Assembly (NCBI GenBank): GCA_027031765.1
Contig: JALVPN010000091.1
Location: 1-17,609 of the forward strand
From: Promethearchaeota archaeon
GTDB lineage: Archaea > Asgardarchaeota > Thorarchaeia > Thorarchaeales > Thorarchaeaceae
Length of the DNA stretch: 17,609 bases
Reading direction: 5' to 3'
Shown here piece after piece: positions 1-9,138 of the stretch. Position 1 is the stretch's first letter. Every line of letters begins with the position of its first letter. The position numbers and the translations under genes are program-made. Below the pieces are notes generated by a model, which had not been told where the DNA came from, ran no database searches, and saw only the letters and a program-made list of their open reading frames with translations.

Positions 1-65
1 GTCGGCTTTCCATCCGATGGGAGCGCGTGACGGACCTGCCAAGCCCGCTCGAGGGGTAGGAAATG

Positions 66-90
66 ACTGGGGTTACATATCGTAACATTG
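66..90 (+). promoter_or_regulatory. Putative TATA-like box (TTACATAT, 73-80) inside the inverted repeat GTTAC-N5-GTAAC (72-86)
   Basis: The most AT-rich patch upstream of ATG 125, about 45 nt away; perfect 5-bp inverted repeat read directly from the sequence. Confidence 0.4.
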
Positions 91-124
91 AAGTCCAGCC
101 GTGGTTCACGGGGGAAGAGGACCC

Positions 125-1432
125 ATGATTACTCTCGAAGACCTGAGACGGATCAATGCCCGCTGTATCCACTGTCGGGCCTGCCAGTACGCCTATTCTG
201 GAGAGCCGGACAGGGAGGGCGAGACCGAGGAGTACACAGGGATGTTGCAGGGCTGCCCGGCCGGTATCTACTTTGGCTGGGAGGGCTACTACAACTCTGG
301 AAAACAGTGGATGGCCCGGGCGTTCTTGAACGGTGAGATCAAGCCCTCAAAGGAGCTGCTTGAGGTCGTCGAGGCATGTACTACGTGCGGGATGTGCGAG
401 ACCCAGTGTCCGAACTACATTGAGACCGTTGCCGTCACGGAGGCCCTGAGGGCCGCTGTGATTGAGGCCGGTGTAGAGCCACTGTCCAAGCACAAGAAGT
501 TCGGCGAGATGGTCCACGACGACAAGATGCGCAACCCCTACAAGGAGCCACGCGACCAGAGGACCGCATGGTTCGGTGGTGAGGTGGACAACTTCGACGC
601 AAAGGTGGCCTATTTTGTCGGCTGCACCGGGGCCTACAGACAACAGCACATCGCGGAACACACTGCCAGCATCCTCAAGAAGCTCGGCATCGACTTCACC
701 GTCCTCACGGGTGAGGTCTGCTGCGGGTCGCCAATCCTACGGACGGGCCAGCGCGATGTCTTCCGCGAGGTCATGGAGATGAACCTCGAACTGTTCAAGG
801 ACTTTGACATGCTCGTCTTCAGTTGTGCCGGTTGCTATAAGACCATCCGCAACGACTACCCCAAGATGAGCGGCAAGCCCCTGCCCTTCAAGGTACGCCA
901 CACCGTGGAACTCGTCTATGACTTCATCAAGGAGGGCAAGCTCAAGATTGAGACGCCCTTCGACAAGAAGGTCACTTGGCACGACCCGTGCCATAGCGTC
1001 CGCCACGTCGGCCTCGCCATCGAGAAGGAAATCCTCGCCCAGTCTGACAACTGGCTCATGGACAGCAGGAAGGCCGAGAAGGCAAAGGAGGCGCACTTTG
1101 AGGTCCCACGTGTCGTACTCCGTGCCATCCCGGGCCTGGAGCTCCGTGAGATGTACCGGATAAAGGGTGACAGCTTCTGCTGTGGCGCCGGTGGCGGTGT
1201 GAAAGCCCAGTTCCCTGACATGGCCCTCGCAACGGCCAAGGAGCGCCTCAAGGAGGCTGCCTCGACCGGTGCGGAGATACTGATGACTAGTTGTCCCTTC
1301 TGTGTCACCAACTTCAACGACGGTCTCAAGTCCCTGCGCGCAGAGGAGGCTGAGACCGGCCAGGACCTCTCAGCAGTGGGCTCAAAGCTCGAGGTCGTCG
1401 AGTTGTTGGAGCTCCTCGACAAGTTGCTGTGA
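125..1432 (+). CDS. Heterodisulfide reductase HdrD/GlpC-like (Fe-S)-binding protein: 4Fe-4S dicluster plus two CCG domains
   Basis: CIHCRAC...CP and CTTCGMCETQCP ferredoxin-type motifs; CCG domain 1 (VGC-X31-CCGSP...CAGC); CCG domain 2 (HDPCH...CCGAGGG...SCPFC). ATG 125 follows purine-rich GGGGGAAGAGG and is preferred over in-frame GTG 101. No obvious membrane anchor. Confidence 0.85.
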   Translation: MITLEDLRRINARCIHCRACQYAYSGEPDREGETEEYTGMLQGCPAGIYFGWEGYYNSGKQWMARAFLNGEIKPSKELLEVVEACTTCGMCETQCPNYIETVAVTEALRAAVIEAGVEPLSKHKKFGEMVHDDKMRNPYKEPRDQRTAWFGGEVDNFDAKVAYFVGCTGAYRQQHIAEHTASILKKLGIDFTVLTGEVCCGSPILRTGQRDVFREVMEMNLELFKDFDMLVFSCAGCYKTIRNDYPKMSGKPLPFKVRHTVELVYDFIKEGKLKIETPFDKKVTWHDPCHSVRHVGLAIEKEILAQSDNWLMDSRKAEKAKEAHFEVPRVVLRAIPGLELREMYRIKGDSFCCGAGGGVKAQFPDMALATAKERLKEAASTGAEILMTSCPFCVTNFNDGLKSLRAEEAETGQDLSAVGSKLEVVELLELLDKLL

Positions 1433-1482
1433 GCTCTCGATGTCTGGGGGCCCGTGCGAGGGCCTCCAGCGTCCTCCTTTTG

Positions 1483-1500
1483 ACCTCCCCCCCTCTCATC
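1483..1500 (+). terminator. Possible pyrimidine-tract terminator after the HdrD-like gene
   Basis: CCTCCTTTTGACCTCCCCCCCTCTC-type pyrimidine run about 40-65 nt after the stop. The U-tract is short, so support is weak. Confidence 0.2.
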
Positions 1501-1607
1501 CACTGTTGTCAGGGGCCGACCCCACGAGTCGTACTACAGGCTGGGGACTTGGGGTGACCGCATCACAGTACCGTGGGTATGGCCACGGGACACGGCTTGG
1601 AATGCAG

Positions 1608-2273
1608 TCAGGCGGCACTCCCGGGCGTCCCTTCCTTGAGCACGGCGGTCAGTCTGCCCTGGACGAGCATTGTGGCCAGTATCCATGTCCAGACTATTGC
1701 GGTCATGGCCGTAAGGATCTCCGGTATTGCGACATTTGTCCATGGCATGACCTTCTCGTAAGTGCCCCACCAGAGATAGACTGAGACAAATGGCAGGACG
1801 AGTGAGAGCGCTGCGAACCACCGGAGCTCCCTGAACCTGAGCCATGAGAGCCCCATGAACCACATGGAGAACGGGAAGCTCAGGAAGAACCCGACCGATA
1901 CAATGTAGTGTGTCGGACTGAAGTTCTCCGAGAACACGCCTATGGCCACAAGGAACACCACTGATACGGTGAGGGGCAACACTGACACCTGTGAGGGGCG
2001 GTCGTCCATCTGACGGATGAGCCAGACACTGAACCAGAACATGAGGACGCCAGCAACCATCAGACCAGTGTTGAACACAATGGCCCTGAGCAGTGGGTTG
2101 AGCCCTATGTCGGTCCGCGTATAGTGGCCGAGGTCACTAAGTGCGTTGTCTGTCCATGTCCAGTGCGGTGCAAGGAGGATTGCCAACCCGATTGTGAACA
2201 GCACAAAGAGCGGGCCCACATACGCTGCGAGGACTGGTCTCGGTGTCCTCTCAAGCCATTCACATAGTGACAT
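1608..2273 (-). CDS. DUF998-like integral membrane protein
   Basis: About 6 hydrophobic helices; WTDNALSDLG motif after the first helix; SENFSPTHYIVS segment typical of the family; GGAG just before ATG. Confidence 0.7.
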   Translation of the reverse strand: MSLCEWLERTPRPVLAAYVGPLFVLFTIGLAILLAPHWTWTDNALSDLGHYTRTDIGLNPLLRAIVFNTGLMVAGVLMFWFSVWLIRQMDDRPSQVSVLPLTVSVVFLVAIGVFSENFSPTHYIVSVGFFLSFPFSMWFMGLSWLRFRELRWFAALSLVLPFVSVYLWWGTYEKVMPWTNVAIPEILTAMTAIVWTWILATMLVQGRLTAVLKEGTPGSAA

Positions 2274-2374
2274 ACTCCGTTTCGGTAGCCCTGTGGTATT
2301 TCAGTGCTTGCCTGCTTGTGTGTCCCTCTGTCAGCCCGCGGCTCTCGACGGGTCCGCGTTCACAGTGAGTGGCC

Positions 2375-3676
2375 TCACACTATGTCCAGCTCCTCCTCTG
2401 TGAACTCCCTCGTCACCGTGGCGCTACTGCGTGCACGGAGCTCCTCGTCCTCCTCGTGGAAAAAGGCATAGAACATGACTATTGCCAGCACATAGAGGCC
2501 GCTCACAAGCACATATGGGAGCCTGTAGAGTCCAGATGCGAGGATGAGGCCCCCAATGTTCGCAGCCACACCACGTGCTATCGAGTCGCCGGTCCTGACC
2601 ACACCGATTGCGGTGGCACGTTCCTCCTGGTCAAGGCGTTCCATGAAGAAGGCACTGGACACTGGCCCCGCCATGTTCATAAGGGCCGTCCTGGACACAT
2701 ATGCGAGGACTGCCCACCACAGTGTTGGTGCCCATGAGAGCATCAGCAGGAACGGTACGGACAGCATCTCGGTGACCACGACCGTCCTGACCTTCCCGAG
2801 TCTGTCTGAGAGTGCCGGTGCGACAAAGTTGCCGATGGCAAGTACCACTGTGTTGACCCCGAAAATGAGGCCTATCGTCGACTCGTCGAGACCGAAGGCC
2901 CCTTTGAAGAAGATGTTGAAGAAGACAACAATCATGCCTGCACCAAGGCCGACAGTGGCGGTCACTATGGTATACTTCCCAATGAAGTCCCAGTTCTGGA
3001 CGTGGTTGAACCCATAGGGCTGGGCACGCACCTGCGCAGTGTCAGGGGGCATCAGCACCACCAGTCCAGTGCTGAGCACGAGGGGCACGATGCTCAATAA
3101 CAGTGTCAGGCGGTATGCCTGTTCCAAGGTGACCACTTCTGGTGCCGACATAACAATCCCGGGTAGCAGCCCACCGGCAATGTTGCCCGTGAACACTGCG
3201 ATGAGCGAAAAACCACCGGCCACACTGAATAGGTGCGCCCTCTCGCTGTCGGTCGTGAGGCCCGCAATGTATGGTGTCATTGCCACACCATGGAACACCA
3301 CCGACACCCCGGCGAACACCTGGGAACCGATCAGGAGCAATGGTTCCTTCTGCGTATACTGGAGTACCAGGGCCATGGTGGACACGATGTCTGCAAAGAC
3401 CACAGTGTGCCTGCGGCTAGACCTGTCAGTGACCATTCCAGCCAACAGTGCCACTGCGCCTGCAGCAAACATCGATATCGACAGGAAGAAGCCGATAAAG
3501 TCCTCTGTGAAGCCCGCTTCGAGCATGTAGAGGTTGAAGACGACACCCGATATACCAACGGACATGGCACCCAGTGCACTTGAGGCCACGTACAGCTTGG
3601 CATTCGTACTGAAGCCCCTGAGTCTGTCGAGGTACCCCTGCCTGCTATGTGGGTGGTCGCCAAAGGCCTCGTCCAT
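2375..3676 (-). CDS. Major facilitator superfamily (MFS) transporter
   Basis: About 12 TM helices; motif-A-like AGMVTDRSSRR and ALSDRLGKVR in the two halves; ERATAIG near helix 11. ATG 3676 (MDEAFG) preferred over the TTG at 3721. Confidence 0.9.
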   Translation of the reverse strand: MDEAFGDHPHSRQGYLDRLRGFSTNAKLYVASSALGAMSVGISGVVFNLYMLEAGFTEDFIGFFLSISMFAAGAVALLAGMVTDRSSRRHTVVFADIVSTMALVLQYTQKEPLLLIGSQVFAGVSVVFHGVAMTPYIAGLTTDSERAHLFSVAGGFSLIAVFTGNIAGGLLPGIVMSAPEVVTLEQAYRLTLLLSIVPLVLSTGLVVLMPPDTAQVRAQPYGFNHVQNWDFIGKYTIVTATVGLGAGMIVVFFNIFFKGAFGLDESTIGLIFGVNTVVLAIGNFVAPALSDRLGKVRTVVVTEMLSVPFLLMLSWAPTLWWAVLAYVSRTALMNMAGPVSSAFFMERLDQEERATAIGVVRTGDSIARGVAANIGGLILASGLYRLPYVLVSGLYVLAIVMFYAFFHEEDEELRARSSATVTREFTEEELDIV

Positions 3677-3778
3677 GTCCCTGCATTGCCCCATTGCTTG
3701 TGGGACAGGCTTAGTACACAACCTTTATCCATTGTGGGATGCGCGCATGCCCCGGCCGTTCTGGTGCTGGTGTGATAG

Positions 3779-4825
3779 ATGCGACCAATCGACCTGAGGA
3801 GCGACACTGTGACCAAGCCCACGGACGAGATGATTGAGGCCATCGTCCAGGCGCACAGACGAGACCGCTTTGGTGACGATGTCATAGGGGAGGACGAGGT
3901 GGTCAATGAGTTGCAGGAGAAGGCTGCACGACTCCTCGGGAAAGAGGCTGCTCTTCTCGTGACATCGGGTACGCAGGGGAACGTCGTCTCGCTGCTGGCA
4001 CATACGCGTCGCGGTGATGAGGTGGTCGTTGAAGAGCGCTCCCACACATTCCTCTTTGAGGCCGGTGCCATGTCGTCCCTGGGCGGCCTGTTCCCAAAGC
4101 CCGTGCCAGGTGTCCGGGGCTACATCACCCCCGAGACCCTTGAGGCTGCCATCAACATTGACGACCCTCACTACGCCCACACCGCCCTGGTGGTGCTTGA
4201 GAACACGCACAACTACGCAGGGGGCACGGTCACGACCCCGGAGCAGGTGCGTGCACTGGCAACTGTGGCCCACGAGCACGGCCTGAAGGTACACTGTGAC
4301 GGGGCCCGGCTGTTCAATGCTGCAGTGGCCCTTGACACCCCTGCGGAGAGGCTGGTGCGGGATGTCGACTCGGTGATGATATGTCTGAGCAAGGGCCTCT
4401 CTGCCCCTGTGGGCTCGATCGTTGCCGGCACTGAGGAGTTCATCCACCACGCACACCGGGTGCGCAAACGTCTTGGCGGTGGCATGCGTCAGGCTGGCAT
4501 CATTGCAGCACCCGGGCTCATCGCCCTGGAGAAGATGGTCGCACGGCTCCGTGAAGACCACGAGAACGCGCGTCGTCTGTACCGTCGGTTGACTGAGATC
4601 CCCGGCCTGACCGTGGAGGAACCCGAGACCAACATTGTGTTCATCGGTCTTGAGGGGTCCCGGATTGACGCGCCACGTTTCTCGGAGGAGCTGCGGAAAC
4701 GGGGTGTGCTCGTATACGGCAAGCACGGCACACGTGTGCGTTTCGTGCTGCACCGGATGGTGACCGCGGAGGACGTCGATGTGGCCGCCGACGCCGTTGC
4801 AGATGTCCTCAGGCAGTACCGATAG
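3779..4825 (+). CDS. ltaE: Low-specificity L-threonine aldolase (PLP-dependent)
   Basis: IDLRSDTVTKPT N-terminus, GDDV.GED, SGTQGN, LENTHN, HCDGARLFNA, CLSKGLSAPVGS (PLP lysine), RKRLGGGMRQAG. Confidence 0.95.
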   Translation: MRPIDLRSDTVTKPTDEMIEAIVQAHRRDRFGDDVIGEDEVVNELQEKAARLLGKEAALLVTSGTQGNVVSLLAHTRRGDEVVVEERSHTFLFEAGAMSSLGGLFPKPVPGVRGYITPETLEAAINIDDPHYAHTALVVLENTHNYAGGTVTTPEQVRALATVAHEHGLKVHCDGARLFNAAVALDTPAERLVRDVDSVMICLSKGLSAPVGSIVAGTEEFIHHAHRVRKRLGGGMRQAGIIAAPGLIALEKMVARLREDHENARRLYRRLTEIPGLTVEEPETNIVFIGLEGSRIDAPRFSEELRKRGVLVYGKHGTRVRFVLHRMVTAEDVDVAADAVADVLRQYR

Positions 4826-4867
4826 CGTGTCGTGACCCGGGACGGTGGTCCGACGCCCGGTGACCTC

Positions 4868-5281
4868 CTAGTCAAGGTCGGTGTACTCGCACAGCTCCAG
4901 TAGTAGTCCACCTGTTGCCTTTGGGTGTACGAAGGCTATCCTCGTACCATGGGCCCCCATGCGTGGCGACTCGTCAATGAGCCTCCTCCCGGCAGCCCTG
5001 TGTCTTTCAAGGGCCTCCTCAATGTCGTCCACTTCGATGGCAATGTGGTGGACCCCGCCACCGCGCTTCTCGATGAACTTGGCGACAGGACTGTCCTCGT
5101 CGGTCGGCTCAAGGAGTTCTATCCGGGTCGACCCGACCTGCAGGAATGCCACCCGTACCTTTTGTTCCTCAACGACCTCTGTGCGTAGCAGCGTCAGGCC
5201 GAGGGTGTCGGAGTAGTAGGAGAGCCACTCGTCGATGCTCTTGACTGCAATCCCGATGTGCGCGAGTCCTCTCACACCCAT
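4868..5281 (-). CDS. mce: Methylmalonyl-CoA epimerase (VOC superfamily)
   Basis: HIGIAV, QKVRVAFL, IELLEP, GGVHHIAIEV, FVHPKATGGLLLELCE; last gene of the mutase operon; SD GGTGAT before ATG. Confidence 0.93.
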   Translation of the reverse strand: MGVRGLAHIGIAVKSIDEWLSYYSDTLGLTLLRTEVVEEQKVRVAFLQVGSTRIELLEPTDEDSPVAKFIEKRGGGVHHIAIEVDDIEEALERHRAAGRRLIDESPRMGAHGTRIAFVHPKATGGLLLELCEYTDLD

Positions 5282-5316
5282 TTGCTATCACCACAGGCCT
5301 TTCCTGGACAGCAGTA

Positions 5317-6987
5317 TCACATAAAGTCAGGGGCCCTGTACTCTCCGAAGACCTCTCTCAGCACCCCACATATCTCGCCCAACGTTGCGTACGCCCTGAC
5401 CGCATCCAGTATGAATGGCACGAGGTTGTCTGACCCCAGTGCGGCCTGTCGCAGCTCTTCAAGCCTCTCGTCCACGGCACGGGCATCACGCTCCTCCCGC
5501 ACTCTTTGGAGCCGACGTATCTGTTCGGCCTCCACCTCCGTGTCGATGCGCAGGTAGTCATACGTCGGTTCTTCCTCGACAACAAACCTGTTGACCCCCA
5601 CAATCACTCTCCGGCCCTCGTCCACCAGCCTCTGGTGCTCGTAGGCGCTCTCATGGATCTCTCGCTGGACGAACCCGTTTTCGATTGCCCTCACCGCTCC
5701 ACCCATGGCATCGATCTTCTCGATGTACTCCATTGCCCGTCGCTCGATTTCGTCCGTCAGGGTCTCCACGAAGTACGAGCCTGCCAGGGGGTCAACAGTG
5801 TCCCCAACGCCGGTCTCGTACGCAATTATCTGCTGTGTCCTCAATGCGACCTGTACCGACGTCACTGTGGGCAGTGACAGCGCCTCGTCCTTGGAGTTGG
5901 TGTGCAGGGACTGCGTCCCACCGAGGACAGCCTGCAGTGCTTGGAGGGTCACACGCACGACGTTGTTGTCCGGCTGCTGTGCTGTGAGTGTGCAACCTGC
6001 TGTCTGGGTGTGGAACCGCATCCTGCAGGAACGGTCGTCCTTTGCGCCGAACCTCTCACGCATGATCCTTGCCCAGAGTCGTCTGGCTGCCCGGAACTTG
6101 GCAATCTCCTCGAAGAAGTTGCTGTGCGAGCCAAAGAAGAATGACAGCCTGGAGGCGAAGCGGTCGACATCAAGGCCGGCATTGACGGCTGCCTGGACAT
6201 AGGCCACCCCGTCAGCGAGAGTGAAGGCCACCTCTTGGACGGCAGTGCTCCCTGCCTCCCTGATGTGGTACCCCGAGATTGATATCGTGTTCCAGAGTGG
6301 CAGGTTCTCGGCACAGAACTCAAAGATGTCGGTCACGAGGCGCATCGACGGTCCCGGCGGGAATATGTATGTGCCCCTCGCGACATACTCCTTGAGGATG
6401 TCGTTCTGGACGGTGCCACGCAGCTTTGCCATCGGGACGCCCTGTTTCTCGGCCACTGCAATATACATTGCCAGCAGGACTGCTGCGGGGGCATTGATTG
6501 TCATCGAGGTGCTCACCCTGTCCAGTGGGATGCCCTCGAACAGCACCTCCATGTCGGCGAGGGAGTCTATCGCAACACCGACCTTGCCCACCTCCCCTCT
6601 TGCCATCGGGTGGTCGGAGTCGTACCCTATCTGTGTCGGCAGGTCAAAGGCCACTGACAGACCGGTCTGGCCCTGCTCCAGCAGGAACCTGAACCTCCTG
6701 TTGGTCTCGACCGCGGTACCGAAGCCACTGTACTGGCGCATGGTGAAGAAGCGCCCACGGTACATTGTCGGCTGCACGCCACGTGTGAATGGGTACTGGC
6801 CGGGGAAGCCGAGTTGTCTGTCGTAGTCGAGGTCCCAGGTGTCTAGTGGTGTATACAGGCGCTTGACGGGGATACCGGAGGGGGTCTCGAACTGTTCCTC
6901 TCGCTCCGGGAACCTCGCCACGGTCTTCGCAACAGGCCCCTCTTCCCACTCACTGAGCGCTCTCCTCAGCTCTTCCCTGTCGGTCAC
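5317..6987 (-). CDS. Methylmalonyl-CoA mutase, large (substrate-binding) subunit
   Basis: [70 protein letters not shown]. The Tyr in RQY and the Arg in VARG match methylmalonyl-CoA specificity (isobutyryl-CoA mutase has Phe, 2-hydroxyisobutyryl-CoA mutase has Ile). The GTG start overlaps the meaB TGA (GTGA). Confidence 0.95.
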   Translation of the reverse strand: MTDREELRRALSEWEEGPVAKTVARFPEREEQFETPSGIPVKRLYTPLDTWDLDYDRQLGFPGQYPFTRGVQPTMYRGRFFTMRQYSGFGTAVETNRRFRFLLEQGQTGLSVAFDLPTQIGYDSDHPMARGEVGKVGVAIDSLADMEVLFEGIPLDRVSTSMTINAPAAVLLAMYIAVAEKQGVPMAKLRGTVQNDILKEYVARGTYIFPPGPSMRLVTDIFEFCAENLPLWNTISISGYHIREAGSTAVQEVAFTLADGVAYVQAAVNAGLDVDRFASRLSFFFGSHSNFFEEIAKFRAARRLWARIMRERFGAKDDRSCRMRFHTQTAGCTLTAQQPDNNVVRVTLQALQAVLGGTQSLHTNSKDEALSLPTVTSVQVALRTQQIIAYETGVGDTVDPLAGSYFVETLTDEIERRAMEYIEKIDAMGGAVRAIENGFVQREIHESAYEHQRLVDEGRRVIVGVNRFVVEEEPTYDYLRIDTEVEAEQIRRLQRVREERDARAVDERLEELRQAALGSDNLVPFILDAVRAYATLGEICGVLREVFGEYRAPDFM

Positions 6988-7976
6988 TCACTCGACTCCT
7001 CCTTATAGCTCGATAGGAACTCGACTATCAGGCGGTCTGCCACCGTGTATGGGTCTTCCTCACGGCTCGCAATCCGTCTGATTGCCCCCTCGTACTCTGG
7101 CCGGCCCTGGAGTTTGGTGAGCAGCTCGCGGGTAAGTTTGTACTCCATGATCTGCTCGAGCTCCTCCTTGCTGCGTTTCAGCCCGCGTTCCTCAAGCAGA
7201 CCGCTCTCCTTCAGGTACTTGTAGTGCTCGGCAATTGTTGCCACGAGCTCGGGTATTCCTTCGCCCTTCCGGGCGTTCGTCAACAGGACGGGCGGTCGCC
7301 ATCCACGTTCGCCGGGGTCGATGTCGAGCATCGCGTTTATCTCTGTGACCTTCTTGTCCGCCCCTGGCAGGTCGCTCTTGTTGACTACGAATATGTCTGC
7401 AATCTCCATGATGCCGGCCTTGATGGCCTGAATGTCGTCCCCGCTGCCCGGTACATCTGTGACTATCACTGTGTGGGCTATCTCCACCACCTCGACCTCG
7501 GACTGTCCCGCACCCACTGTTTCTACGAGGACAATGTCCTTACCGAAGGCGTCGAGCGCACGGACGGCGTCGGATGTTGCCCTTGACAGGCCCCCGAGGT
7601 GTCCCCGCGTACCCATGCTGCGCACGAACACCTCCCTGTCGAGGCTGTGCTCCTGCATACGTATCCTGTCGCCGAGCAGGGCGCCGCCTGTGAAGGGGCT
7701 TGACGGGTCGACACATATTATGCCAACGGTCTTCCCTGCCCGCCGGTACTCTGATGTGAGCCTGGTCACAATGGTGCTCTTGCCCGAGCCCGGCGGTCCC
7801 GTTATGCCGATGATGTGTGCACGGCCGGTGTGACGGTACAGCCTGCTGAGAGCATCAAGTGCGACCGGGTCTTCCTCTTCAATCAGGGATATCAGTCTTG
7901 CAAGGGCCCTCCGGTCACGTCCAAGGACTCCCTGCACCAGGTCATCAACACGCAAGGCCTCACTCCCGCCGGACAC
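6984..7976 (-). CDS. meaB: Methylmalonyl-CoA mutase-associated G3E GTPase MeaB/ArgK
   Basis: P-loop [56 protein letters not shown]. Confidence 0.95.
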   Translation of the reverse strand: MSGGSEALRVDDLVQGVLGRDRRALARLISLIEEEDPVALDALSRLYRHTGRAHIIGITGPPGSGKSTIVTRLTSEYRRAGKTVGIICVDPSSPFTGGALLGDRIRMQEHSLDREVFVRSMGTRGHLGGLSRATSDAVRALDAFGKDIVLVETVGAGQSEVEVVEIAHTVIVTDVPGSGDDIQAIKAGIMEIADIFVVNKSDLPGADKKVTEINAMLDIDPGERGWRPPVLLTNARKGEGIPELVATIAEHYKYLKESGLLEERGLKRSKEELEQIMEYKLTRELLTKLQGRPEYEGAIRRIASREEDPYTVADRLIVEFLSSYKEESSE

Positions 7977-7980
7977 GCCT

Positions 7981-8382
7981 TCACAACTTCACGTTCTCTC
8001 TGATGAACTCCACAATCTCGGACAGGGGCGTCCCTGGCCCGAATATCTCGGCTATGCCACACTCCTTCAGTGCTGGGATGTCGTCTTCTGGGATGATGCC
8101 CCCACCAATCACAAGGATGTCGTCAGCACCCTCCTCACGGAGCAGCTCCATCACCCGTGGGAAGAGGACGTTGTGCGCCCCACTGAGGATGCTGAGCCCG
8201 ATGACATGGGCGCCCTCCTGGATGGCGGTCTCAACAATCATTTCCGGCGTCTGTCTGAGGCCTGTGTATATCACCTCCATCCCGGCATCTCGGAGTGCAC
8301 GGGCTACCACCTTGGCCCCACGGTCGTGTCCATCAAGGCCCGGCTTGGCAATGACGACTCTAATCTTCTTGGACGAACTCAC
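7981..8382 (-). CDS. Methylmalonyl-CoA mutase small subunit (cobalamin-binding domain)
   Basis: [13 protein letters not shown] (DxHxxG), [19 protein letters not shown]; SD GAGGTG upstream of GTG. Confidence 0.95.
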   Translation of the reverse strand: MSSSKKIRVVIAKPGLDGHDRGAKVVARALRDAGMEVIYTGLRQTPEMIVETAIQEGAHVIGLSILSGAHNVLFPRVMELLREEGADDILVIGGGIIPEDDIPALKECGIAEIFGPGTPLSEIVEFIRENVKL

Positions 8383-8428
8383 GGACCCACCTCGGGCAAG
8401 TGGATGCGCTCAGTCACCTCTGTTGGTG

Positions 8429-8441
8429 TATAAAGGCTTTC
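8429..8441 (-). promoter_or_regulatory. Archaeal BRE/TATA promoter of the mutase operon
   Basis: Minus strand reads GAAAGCC-TTTATA; TATA box about 47 nt upstream of GTG 8382. Confidence 0.6.
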
Positions 8442-8499
8442 GATATACTCGACGCCTGCAACACCCCCGTCTTGGTGTGCCGAGACCAGTAATGGCGCC

Positions 8500-8985
8500 C
8501 TACGTGGGTGTGCCAGCCCCCTCCCCGCTGCTCACCTGGGGCCGCAGTGCAGCTGACGCGTCAGGGTATAGCAGGACGTAGACGGCCTGAGTCGTGGTGA
8601 GGATTCCGCGCTCCACCCAACTCATTACGACCTCGACACTCTCAGGCGATGACACCCTGCCGAGGGCCTCAAGTGCGGTCTCCCGGCTGGCATCATTGGA
8701 CAGGAGTTGCTCTATGGTCTCGACAAGTATCATCTGGCGGATGCTGGGTTCGGACTCTGTGAGCCAGTAGAGCACAACATCCCTGCACTCGTCACTGACC
8801 TTTGCCCTGTCCGCTGCTGCGTCCAGCGTTTCTGTCATCCTCTCAAGAGCCGAGTTGTCCTTGAGGGCTTCCAGCTCGTTCTGGACAATGGCAACCAACG
8901 CCTCTACGTTCTTCGGGTCTTGCATTAGCATGCCGACCAGCTCAGAACGAGCCCTCAGCGGGCCCAGCTCTTCTTCTTCTGTCAA
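8500..8985 (-). CDS. Hypothetical all-alpha acidic protein with one HEAT/PBS-lyase-like motif
   Basis: 161-aa ORF fills the gap between known genes; GGAGG (plus-strand CCTCC 8995-8999) lies 9 nt before the TTG start; RETALEALGRVSSPESVEVV resembles a HEAT-like repeat. Confidence 0.7.
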   Translation of the reverse strand: MTEEEELGPLRARSELVGMLMQDPKNVEALVAIVQNELEALKDNSALERMTETLDAAADRAKVSDECRDVVLYWLTESEPSIRQMILVETIEQLLSNDASRETALEALGRVSSPESVEVVMSWVERGILTTTQAVYVLLYPDASAALRPQVSSGEGAGTPT

Positions 8986-9138
8986 CCAGACTGGCCTCCG
9001 GGATGGAGTCTTTCACGTGCAGTCTGTCCGGTCGGCTAATATGTCTTGTTTGTACGGCCAGCACATCTTGGTACATGATGCGCGTTGGGTGACGTGTGCA
9101 CGTCCACGAGGCATACGCAGTCCGCGTGCCTTTTCAGC

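Noticed and set aside
1-30. Possible 3' end of an upstream gene (VGFPSDGSA-stop)
   Set aside because: Only 10 codons visible; cannot be supported.
1571-1588. CCGTGG-N6-CCACGG hairpin downstream of the DUF998-like gene as a terminator
   Set aside because: Short GC stem without a U-tract; expected by chance at this GC content.
3725-4753. Long antisense ORFs (342 aa opposite ltaE; also 3331-4071, 9457-10167, 7859-8581, 16765-17514 and others)
   Set aside because: Shadow ORFs expected from GC-rich codon bias; they overlap well-supported genes and have no recognisable motifs.
5317-6987. Mutase as a novel-specificity acyl-CoA mutase (isobutyryl-, 2-hydroxyisobutyryl- or ethylmalonyl-CoA)
   Set aside because: The specificity Tyr (RQY) and Arg (VARG) are the methylmalonyl-CoA type, and the epimerase is co-operonic.
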